Below, one piece after another: positions 1-6,633 of a stretch of DNA of 26,714 bases. Source of the DNA: a virus (Duplodnaviria > Caudoviricetes); the IMG/VR virus record IMGVR_UViG_3300033489_000051, positions 1 to 26,714 of that record; one strand, written 5' to 3'. How positions within the stretch are numbered: the first letter of the stretch is position 1; every line of letters starts with the position of its first letter. The translations under genes and the position numbers were made by a program. The notes under the pieces were generated by a model that saw only the letters and a program-made list of their open reading frames with translations, ran no database searches and was not told where the DNA came from.

Positions 1-80
1 ACTTTGCCATCATCATCCAGGACCACATTACCTTCGGTATCCTTTACCTGAAACTTTGCAACAACATTCTCCATAGCCAT
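1..80 (-). CDS. Hypothetical protein, N-terminal part only (MAMENVVAKFQVKDTEGNVVLDDDGK..., runs off the left edge)
   Basis: ATG at 80-78, GGAGG SD at 94-90, open frame to window edge, downstream of a strong promoter. Confidence 0.75.
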   Translation of the reverse strand, partial: MAMENVVAKFQVKDTEGNVVLDDDGK

Positions 81-170
81 AATTTAAAACCTCCGTGAAA
101 GGATTCTTATTGTGGGCAAGACGCCCGTTTACACCAAGCGGTCAAAACATTGCCGCTTATTGAATATTAC

Positions 171-198
171 ATTATAACAGTTTTTCAAATAATTACAA
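171..198 (-). promoter_or_regulatory. sigma70-like promoter P1 (leftward)
   Basis: Minus strand TTGTAA (198-193) - 16 nt - TATAAT (176-171) with TGn extended -10; a hairpin AAGCGG/CCGCTT (136-158) follows the predicted start. Confidence 0.75.
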
Positions 199-268
199 TG
201 AGACGTAAAAAATTTATTTTGTGAGTAGAACAGTTTCTACTATCTCTTTAAATCTATTAAGCCAGTCG

Positions 269-469
269 TCAAGAAACTCCTACTTTCTGGTTTAATGATT
301 TGATGGCCTTCAGTCGGGCCTTACGCTTCATGCCTTTGTATAGTTTAGGAATCTGGCGTACCATCGTCCTACCGTTTTTAAGGTGGTAACGTCGATTAGA
401 CGCTGTCATAGTACCATCCTTTACTATAGGCCTGTAACATTTCGGTTCTACACCGTCATAGCTATTCAT
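269..469 (-). CDS. Hypothetical basic protein (66 aa)
   Basis: ORF track; overlaps the end of the 462..992 gene; GGAGG-like SD upstream. Confidence 0.7.
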   Translation of the reverse strand: MNSYDGVEPKCYRPIVKDGTMTASNRRYHLKNGRTMVRQIPKLYKGMKRKARLKAIKSLNQKVGVS

Positions 470-992
470 TCACTTCCTCCCTTTTAATAATTCCCATACT
501 CTTACGAAAATCATCAGTATTTGCCTGAGCCTTCTTAACCCGACTATCAACATCTTCACCCATGTTACTCTCAAGGGCGGCAAGAGCGGCGTTGAAAGTA
601 GGATCACCATGCTTAGGTGCAGATTTCTTAATCACAGCCGCCTTCGGACTTATGCCAGCCAGTGATGATAAATTAAGCGGGGCACCACCTTCCTCAATAA
701 TAGCATTCATCCTGTTACGCAAATTCATAGAACTCATTTTCTTATTAAGTAATCCGGCACGCTTAATCACTTCAAAGGCTTCATCTTGAGTCTGTACAAA
801 CTCAGCCAATCCATTAGTAACCAACAGATCAGCAAAGGCCTCTAAAGATAGCCTTGCTAACTCGCTTACTGAGCTGGGCTTGTCATTCTTACTATGCCAG
901 AATAATAGGATAGTGGCAAGGTGCCTCGCATCAATCCTAGAATTAAAAACAAGTGTGGCCGGTCTACTACGTATTTCATCTAATTTAGGCAT
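462..992 (-). CDS. Hypothetical protein with possible N-terminal ribbon-helix-helix DNA-binding domain
   Basis: 176 aa; LVFNSRI strand, a helix, then SVSELARLSLEAF resembling RHH helix B (SxSELxRxAL); TAATG coupling with upstream gene. Confidence 0.55.
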   Translation of the reverse strand: MPKLDEIRSRPATLVFNSRIDARHLATILLFWHSKNDKPSSVSELARLSLEAFADLLVTNGLAEFVQTQDEAFEVIKRAGLLNKKMSSMNLRNRMNAIIEEGGAPLNLSSLAGISPKAAVIKKSAPKHGDPTFNAALAALESNMGEDVDSRVKKAQANTDDFRKSMGIIKREEVNE

Positions 993-1294
993 TAGTTATA
1001 TTCCTTCTCATCTGTTTTAGCTTGACTAAATATAATTCTTCCAATTTTTTTGCTTACATGCGTAAGAAGTTGAAGATCAAGCATTTTATCATGTGTTAAT
1101 ACTCCAGCTAAAACAGTTGAAATTAAAGATACTTGATTTGATACTAGGCCTTTTTGGACATTTATGTCCGATAATGCAGTAAGCATGATTAATGTATTAC
1201 TTACTGTTGGGTTGCCTGTAATTAACTTAATTTCCTCACAGACTTCAATCGCTTCAGATGACATCAAAGATTCAATCTCGTCAAATAGTTGCAT
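992..1294 (-). CDS. Hypothetical protein (100 aa)
   Basis: ORF track; AAGGAG SD upstream; stop overlaps next start. Confidence 0.75.
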   Translation of the reverse strand: MQLFDEIESLMSSEAIEVCEEIKLITGNPTVSNTLIMLTALSDINVQKGLVSNQVSLISTVLAGVLTHDKMLDLQLLTHVSKKIGRIIFSQAKTDEKEYN

Positions 1295-1316
1295 GGTAAT
1301 TCTCCTTAAATGTTAT

Positions 1317-1343
1317 TGCTTTGTTGAATTATTTAATATAGCA
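1317..1343. promoter_or_regulatory. 27-bp imperfect palindrome, copy 1
   Basis: TGCTTTGTTGAAT-T-ATTTAATATAGCA; same motif at 3774, 6962, 12483, 18860. Confidence 0.8.
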
Positions 1344-1572
1344 TAATCAAATTTAGTAGCATCATCCGCGCCGCCCCATCCCGTCATCCCGTCATACGGT
1401 CCAACACAGAAATCTTCCCTCTGTCAGGCAGTGTCACGCCCATCAGGGTGTTTTCTTCTGTCTTGTGCCACTGCTGAAACAATAAATCCCAACAAGGAGT
1501 TCAACTTCGACCGGGGCCAAGGCTGTTCGATCTTCTTTTCCATCCGCCATTTTCTTCCTCTTCAATGGTAGT

Positions 1573-1917
1573 CTAAGTTAACCTACCTAAAAGTTTCTCC
1601 ATATCTTCTTTATTCATATTCTTAACAAAGTCCTCAATTTCAAGGATACTTATTTCTTTTACAGTGACAATAGTTTTGATCTTAGTTTTAGTAATCTTTT
1701 TAATATCTCCAGTAACTTCCTTAATCTGCATTTCAATCTCTACAAGTTCTCTTTCTGCATCCTTAGTCCTTTTTTTAATATCTGTCAATTCTTCAAGAAT
1801 TCGATAATACTTATTAGCTTTTCTCCTCTCAATATAATTTAATCTTCTACATTTTGAGCAAGCCTTTTCCTTCATTAATAATAGTTGCTCAAGTTCCGTA
1901 TGTTGTTTAAGATTCAT
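1573..1917 (-). CDS. Hypothetical coiled-coil protein (start revised to MNLKQ...)
   Basis: K/E-rich heptad pattern; ATG at 1917 lies 2 nt after the stop of the 1919..2005 ORF. Confidence 0.7.
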   Translation of the reverse strand: MNLKQHTELEQLLLMKEKACSKCRRLNYIERRKANKYYRILEELTDIKKRTKDAERELVEIEMQIKEVTGDIKKITKTKIKTIVTVKEISILEIEDFVKNMNKEDMEKLLGRLT

Positions 1918-1918
1918 G

Positions 1919-2005
1919 TTAAAACCCCGCTTCAATAATGCCAGTTAATAAATATACTAATATCACCATAAGTGCGATGTAAATTGCTTCAGCCTTTCTA
2001 CTCAT
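1919..2005 (-). CDS. Small single-pass membrane peptide (MSRKAEAIYIALMVILVYLLTGIIEAGF)
   Basis: Hand translation, 28 aa; basic N-terminus plus hydrophobic stretch; AAGGT SD; fills the gap exactly. Confidence 0.6.
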   Translation of the reverse strand: MSRKAEAIYIALMVILVYLLTGIIEAGF

Positions 2006-2018
2006 ATTACTATACCTT

Positions 2019-2170
2019 TTAGTTAGCCGGAAAAGTTCCGCGTGGGAAGTATTTCATGAAACAGCGATCTTCTAGCAACTGTATACTATGCGTAAAGCAG
2101 AATCTTTGTCAAAAGTTACACCATTAACTCTATGAGTATGTGACCGGCCAAACGTAATGATAATTTTCAT
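2019..2170 (-). pseudogene. Frameshifted, probably internally deleted phage hypothetical gene
   Basis: AAGGAG SD + MKIIITFGRSHTHRVNGVTFDKD..., stop at 2072; a shifted frame gives FCFTHSIQLLEDRCFMKYFPRGTFPAN* ending 2019. Confidence 0.45.
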
Positions 2171-2230
2171 GTCAATTAGTCTCCTTATGTTGAAAGTTAC
2201 ATAACCTATCACTGACCACCTTGATATAAC

Positions 2231-2308
2231 TCATACAATCCTGTCCCAATCCCAGTCATTATAAATATCTAACCCCTCATCCCATCTATACTCATCCCAG
2301 TGTTTCAT
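2231..2308 (-). CDS. Trp/Asp-rich microprotein (MKHWDEYRWDEGLDIYNDWDWDRIV)
   Basis: Hand translation, 25 aa; GAGGTGAG SD just upstream. Confidence 0.5.
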   Translation of the reverse strand: MKHWDEYRWDEGLDIYNDWDWDRIV

Positions 2309-2362
2309 AACTCACCTCACATGTTTAGTTATAATTACTTTATGTGCTTAACCCTAGTGGGC

Positions 2363-2572
2363 TCACACGTTACCATCATAAACAGTTGCACACCTCAACT
2401 TGTTATATCTAAGTGTCACAACCCTCCCCTTAAAGTCCTCACAAGAACAATAACTTCCATTTCTTCTGTGAGTTATATCATTAAGTATAAAATCTTTACC
2501 TGCCACATAATCCGCGATTATAGCCCTAACAGTTTTATAATCTCTTCCATAGGCCGGAGTTAAAGTAACCAT
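2363..2572 (-). CDS. Phage hypothetical protein (TPAYGRDYK...GKDF type)
   Basis: ORF track; N-terminal motif recognised from memory as recurrent in phage early regions; GAGGG SD. Confidence 0.75.
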   Translation of the reverse strand: MVTLTPAYGRDYKTVRAIIADYVAGKDFILNDITHRRNGSYCSCEDFKGRVVTLRYNKLRCATVYDGNV

Positions 2573-2593
2573 ATTTTCCCTCAGTTAGTAAAT

Positions 2594-2920
2594 TTAAAAT
2601 GGACACTTAGGAAGATATTCAGCAGACTCACACATAACCTTTCCGGTATCTCTAATCATCTCTAAGTGGTATGAAACACGCTTCATAAATTCTTCATTAC
2701 TATTAAACCAAGATCTGTGTAATGCAATTAGACACAGATTCCCATTGCTATCAACACCCTGAGAGTGATCATCACCAGCACTATCCACTAGATCAGTAGC
2801 AAGACAAGTAAATCCTATATTAAGATCAAATGCTGTTACTATTGCAGGTAATGTATCACTACCCATTACATAAGTAAACTCAGTTCCAATCATTGCTGTC
2901 ACTTCTTCACATGTCATCAT
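2594..2920 (-). CDS. Hypothetical protein (108 aa)
   Basis: ORF track; ATGA overlap with upstream gene; GAGGAGG SD. Confidence 0.75.
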   Translation of the reverse strand: MMTCEEVTAMIGTEFTYVMGSDTLPAIVTAFDLNIGFTCLATDLVDSAGDDHSQGVDSNGNLCLIALHRSWFNSNEEFMKRVSYHLEMIRDTGKVMCESAEYLPKCPF

Positions 2921-3315
2921 ACTACTTCCTCCTCATAAGAATCTAAAAGTTTCTTGCAGTAATCTGCTATAATTCTAGCCTGTATTTTTGCTTCTATAAT
3001 GTTACCTGCGCTAAAAGCTTTTGTATAAAGATAATATGGTGAATTAGAATTTTCACATGCAGTTGCATCTAGAGTTTTATAAGGTTCTTCAAGATCATCT
3101 TTGGGGCCCCATAAATCTATTAAATAACAGCCCTCACAATCCCTGTCAATAGTCTTATATGTATATTCACAAGTATAACAACTATTAACTGGCCATTTAT
3201 CACCACCTCCATTCGTCATATTTATAGCAACATCCTTACTACAACCATAAGTTGCAATATAATCCCAGACATCATAACATTTCTTTATCGAATCCTTCTT
3301 ACTTAATCCCGACAT
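2917..3315 (-). CDS. Cys-rich hypothetical protein, possibly metal-binding
   Basis: CYTC and CEGC pairs plus further Cys; AAGGAGG SD; first gene after promoter P2. Confidence 0.75.
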   Translation of the reverse strand: MSGLSKKDSIKKCYDVWDYIATYGCSKDVAINMTNGGGDKWPVNSCYTCEYTYKTIDRDCEGCYLIDLWGPKDDLEEPYKTLDATACENSNSPYYLYTKAFSAGNIIEAKIQARIIADYCKKLLDSYEEEVV

Positions 3316-3362
3316 AATTCCCTCCTTTTATTTATTATTTATTATTCTCTAATCATCCCACA

Positions 3363-3391
3363 ATTGTACCACAAACCCCGACGGATTACAA
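3363..3391 (-). promoter_or_regulatory. sigma70-like promoter P2 (leftward)
   Basis: TTGTAA (3391-3386) - 17 nt - TACAAT (3368-3363), TGG extended -10, AT-rich upstream element. Confidence 0.75.
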
Positions 3392-3409
3392 TAAGACATG
3401 ATAATTTAT

Positions 3410-3760
3410 TTAATCAGTGTAATCATGGTAACTCTCATAACCCATATAATCCTCATAACCCATATAACCTACCCCATAATGCCCCATGTCAAAATCCATT
3501 TTAGTGTAACCTTAAGTAAATAATTGTAAGTTAGTGTAACCTATAGTAGTGTTATTTAGTTGTTTCTTTCTTCTTTGTTTTCTCTTTTTTTTTTAAAGGA
3601 ACACCCCCCTTCTGGATTATAAGCTTCTTTAGATTACACGAAGATATAATATCCCCCTTCTAGCTTCTCTGGATTACAATTTTAAAAGGCAGGCATATGG
3701 GGTGAGTTATCTAGATTATATGGATTCGGTGGATTATATGGATTATATGGGTTACAACTA
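3410..3760. repeat. Non-coding inverted array of short repeats around a T-rich core (origin-like)
   Basis: TAACCCATATAATCC 3438-3452 vs its reverse complement 3740-3754; GATTATATGG x3 (3714, 3732, 3741); TTAGTGTAACCT x2 (3501, 3531); CCCCCTTCT x2; T10 run at 3585-3594. Confidence 0.7.
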
Positions 3761-3773
3761 GTATGACATTATT

Positions 3774-3800
3774 TGCTTTGTTGAATTATTCATGGTAGCA
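3774..3800. promoter_or_regulatory. 27-bp imperfect palindrome, copy 2
   Basis: TGCTTTGTTGAAT-T-ATTCATGGTAGCA. Confidence 0.8.
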
Positions 3801-3807
3801 AACAGGT

Positions 3808-4050
3808 GAATTAGGGAGTGAGGATTAGATGATTGGTTATGCTGCCAATGTCCTTGCGTAATTTATAGCGCCACCTTTTCCGGTGCGGTATGGGAAGGTG
3901 CGGCCCTTAACTAACCATCCAATCAGATGGCCGTCTACTTTTATGGGCTTAGGTTTTGGATGCGTGATCTTGCGAGTTGTATTAAGTTTCTTGTCAATGT
4001 ATAAGGTTTTCATTAAACTCCTCCTATTAATTCTCCTCACTCCCTAACTC
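3808..4050. repeat. Inverted repeat pair A (17 bp, 1 mismatch) flanking the 3837..4013 gene
   Basis: 3808-3824 GAATTAGGGAGTGAGGA vs 4034-4050 TCCTCACTCCCTAACTC. Confidence 0.85.
3837..4013 (-). CDS. Hypothetical basic protein (58 aa; start revised to MKTLYIDK...)
   Basis: AGGAGGAG SD immediately upstream of ATG 4013. Confidence 0.7.
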   Translation of the reverse strand: MKTLYIDKKLNTTRKITHPKPKPIKVDGHLIGWLVKGRTFPYRTGKGGAINYARTLAA

Positions 4051-4486
4051 TTGATTGTGGACACGACACTTATTTGATGTTATGCTTACTCTTCAATTTC
4101 TTCGAGGCTGGCCTGAAGTCTGGCAATCAATGCGGCTTTAGCTTCAGGGGTTAATTTATTGGTTATAAACGCTTCCGCCTTTTCTTCCGTCATGACAGAT
4201 TTGGTACTTGTGTAAATTGCGTCACCGAAAGTCATTTTAGCAGGTACGCCTTCCTTAATGAACTTATCCCAATTGTTCCGAATTTGTGACTGCCAGTGGA
4301 CTTTCATGTTGGCAATCGCATGTTTTTCAATCACTTCGGTTGGGACTCCAGTAAAGTCAACGTCAATCGTGACTTTGTAACGGTTCTTGATGGCCTTTTG
4401 CTCGTTGTCCATTGCTACTCTGAATGTGGTTTTCATGGTGCACTCCCTGTTTAGGTTAGATAATCATGTCCACAATCAAGAGTTAG
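4044..4486. repeat. Inverted repeat pair B (23 bp, 1 mismatch) flanking the 4086..4436 gene
   Basis: 4044-4066 CTAACTCTTGATTGTGGACACGA vs 4464-4486 TCATGTCCACAATCAAGAGTTAG. Confidence 0.9.
4086..4436 (-). CDS. Hypothetical protein (116 aa), first gene of the leftward arm
   Basis: ORF track; AGGGAG SD; codon usage looks like a well-expressed gene. Confidence 0.85.
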   Translation of the reverse strand: MKTTFRVAMDNEQKAIKNRYKVTIDVDFTGVPTEVIEKHAIANMKVHWQSQIRNNWDKFIKEGVPAKMTFGDAIYTSTKSVMTEEKAEAFITNKLTPEAKAALIARLQASLEEIEE

Positions 4487-4635
4487 CGGGGATTGTTTAC
4501 GGGATTATCCTTCGTTATTGCCATATCATCATGGATAACCCGTAAACATATTCAATTGTCAAATAACATGCGGGCTTATGTAAACACAAATAACATGTAA
4601 ACCGCCGTAACCAGAACGAATCTAATTATGGTTAC

Positions 4636-4663
4636 ATTATACCATATCCGTAATGAATTGCAA
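4636..4663 (-). promoter_or_regulatory. sigma70-like promoter P3 (leftward)
   Basis: TTGCAA (4663-4658) - 16 nt - TATAAT (4641-4636), TGG extended -10; shares TATAATGTAA with P1. Confidence 0.75.
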
Positions 4664-4920
4664 ATAAGTGTCATAACGGGCGCAATCTCGACCCACCCCA
4701 CCAAGGGGGATTCCACACGACAACACACCACAGACCCCCTCATTTAAGTTGTGTTGGGTTTCTTGGTATGTACCATTTGGTACATTTCAATCATCTTCCC
4801 AAAAAATTTCTAAAAAATTTTCACATTTCCTTCATTGGGTTATCCTATGCTGAATTACTCAAAACACTAAGGTGTTCACTAAGGTGTTCGCTAGATGAAT
4901 GTTATGTACCAATAAATGTC

Positions 4921-4949
4921 TTGACAAGACATATAATGCCTGGTAATGT
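4921..4949 (+). promoter_or_regulatory. sigma70-like rightward (late operon) promoter
   Basis: TTGACA (4921-4926) - 17 nt - TAATGT (4944-4949), TGG extended -10; GGAGG SD at 4958-4962. Confidence 0.65.
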
Positions 4950-4969
4950 GGTTATATGGAGGTAATACT

Positions 4970-5554
4970 ATGTTTCAAACTACAAGTGAGGCTGGTAAGA
5001 CGTATGACTACGGGGAGAAGTATAGTAATCCCAGTAGGAGTGGCGATGCCAGGAAGAAAGTTGACGGGACGAAGAAGGGCCATGTTATTGCTGAGATGTG
5101 GGACAGTCATCATGAGATAGCTAGGAGATTATTACTTGGGCAAAAGGGTGTGGATATTGCCAAGGCTATGAATGTTACTGCTGCTACTGTTTCATCAGTT
5201 AAAAATTCTCCTGTGGTTATGGAGAAGTTGACGTTGATGCGAGCTGCAAGAGATTGTGGAGCACTTGACCTAGCCATAGAGATTCAGAAGATGGCGCCCA
5301 TTGCGCTAGCCAAGGTTAAGGAGGCTATTGAGACGGGCACTGTTTTAGGAAAAGAGTTATCTGGGGCTGAGATTCTTAGACAATCTAACATGATTGTTGA
5401 CAGACAGATTGGTAAGCCTACACAGAGGATTGATACTAGGAATACTCACGCAATCTTTGGGCCTGATGAGATTATGGCTATTAAGGCTAAGGCTAAACAG
5501 TTAGCTGGACTGGCCACAATAGATGCTTCAGATAGTGAGGTTATAGATGTCTGA
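4970..5554 (+). CDS. HTH protein, putative terminase small subunit
   Basis: Start revised to ATG 4970 after GGAGG; HTH-like HHEIARRLLLGQKGVDIAKAMNVTAATVSSVKNSP followed by helical region and extended tail; first gene of the late operon. Confidence 0.55.
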   Translation: MFQTTSEAGKTYDYGEKYSNPSRSGDARKKVDGTKKGHVIAEMWDSHHEIARRLLLGQKGVDIAKAMNVTAATVSSVKNSPVVMEKLTLMRAARDCGALDLAIEIQKMAPIALAKVKEAIETGTVLGKELSGAEILRQSNMIVDRQIGKPTQRIDTRNTHAIFGPDEIMAIKAKAKQLAGLATIDASDSEVIDV

Positions 5555-5834
5555 TAAATGGCCCGAAGTTGAGAGACGATATACGTGCCCAGTTAACGCA
5601 TGTACAAAACCTGAAGAAGCCGCTGAAAGAGCCGCTGATAAAGCAGTTCGTCGGACGTTTGCTATTTTAGGCGTTAATATAGATAATCCAGAATCAGTAG
5701 CGGCTTTCAATGAGGATTTAAGATTTAATAAGACTCTTAGGAAGTTGGCTAATAAGGGACTATTTACAGCTCTAGGGACAGTAGTAGCACTTATGATAAC
5801 GTCTGTTTGGATGTACTGGACTAGGAGTCATTAA
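5547..5834 (+). CDS. Membrane protein, possible holin or lysis accessory
   Basis: C-terminal TM helix GLFTALGTVVALMITSVWMYW; directly upstream of endolysin. Confidence 0.5.
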   Translation: MSDKWPEVERRYTCPVNACTKPEEAAERAADKAVRRTFAILGVNIDNPESVAAFNEDLRFNKTLRKLANKGLFTALGTVVALMITSVWMYWTRSH

Positions 5835-5835
5835 G

Positions 5836-6285
5836 ATGTATAGTTATGGTAAGACATCACTTGATAGATTGAAGGATAGTTCTGAGGCAGTTCGTAGGGT
5901 CATGTTTAGAGCTATTCACTATGTTGACATTTCTATCTTATGCACTTACCGTAATGCTTTTGATCAGCATGTTGCTGTAGTAGCCGGGTTTTCCAAGGTT
6001 GAGTTTCCAAAAAGTGACCATAACTATAAACCATCTAGCGCTGTAGATGCCGGGATTTATAGGCCTGATATTAGTAATGTTGACTACGCGGATCATGCAG
6101 CATTTGGATTCTTAGCTGGCATCCTTCACGTGTGCGCAATTGAAGAGGGATGTGTAGTTATTTGGGGCCACGATTGGGATCATGACTTTAATTTTATCGA
6201 GCATGAATTTAAAGATAGGCCTCACTTTCTAATTCTCACTAAGGAGGATTATGATGCCAGAAAAGATAAGGTTAGAACTTCCTAA
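5836..6285 (+). CDS. Endolysin, peptidase M15 family (L-Ala-D-Glu peptidase-like)
   Basis: YRxxxxQ, SDHNYKPSSAVD (SxH..D Zn ligands), WGHDW and DRPHF motifs. Confidence 0.85.
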   Translation: MYSYGKTSLDRLKDSSEAVRRVMFRAIHYVDISILCTYRNAFDQHVAVVAGFSKVEFPKSDHNYKPSSAVDAGIYRPDISNVDYADHAAFGFLAGILHVCAIEEGCVVIWGHDWDHDFNFIEHEFKDRPHFLILTKEDYDARKDKVRTS

Positions 6286-6622
6286 GTATCATTATGATCC
6301 TCATGCCAATGTTTACATCTTAGATGAGGATTATACTTACTATTCACCTAGATATGATAAGGTTGTTAAGTTATATGCTGGGATGTTGAGTGATGGTGCC
6401 ACTTGGGCAATTGACATAGAAACTGCTGGCTGGTGGGTACACGATGAGTTGTGTAAGAGCGGCAAGTTTAGAGATTTAACCCCCTGTAGTAGGTGGCAAG
6501 GAAGTATGATTCTCAGTGATATTCTTAAGGCTGAGGGGCAGAATGTAAGAACCTTAGTATGGAGATATGCTACATACATCCCATGGAAGATTAAAAGTAT
6601 TTTTAAATCAATATTTAATTGA
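6251..6622 (+). CDS. DUF1353-like phage protein
   Basis: AGMLSDGAT...WWVHDELC pattern (GxxxDGA...HD); AAGGAGG SD at 6241-6247. Confidence 0.65.
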   Translation: MMPEKIRLELPKYHYDPHANVYILDEDYTYYSPRYDKVVKLYAGMLSDGATWAIDIETAGWWVHDELCKSGKFRDLTPCSRWQGSMILSDILKAEGQNVRTLVWRYATYIPWKIKSIFKSIFN

Positions 6623-6633
6623 GGTAATCAATT

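Noticed and set aside
1486-1583. Complete integron attC site
   Set aside because: One end looks attC-like, but no complementary R/L boxes can be paired at the other end and no integrase is in the window.
562-2563. Plus-strand ORFs 562..789, 1164..1346 and 2300..2563
   Set aside because: Antisense shadows of better-supported, SD-bearing, coupled minus-strand genes.
3808-4486. IS element or MITE defined by the inverted repeats
   Set aside because: No transposase, no evident target-site duplications, and the two pairs overlap each other.
4768-4965. 65-aa plus-strand ORF and the GTG start at 4946
   Set aside because: Runs through repeats and the promoter with no SD; GGAGG at 4958-4962 supports ATG 4970.
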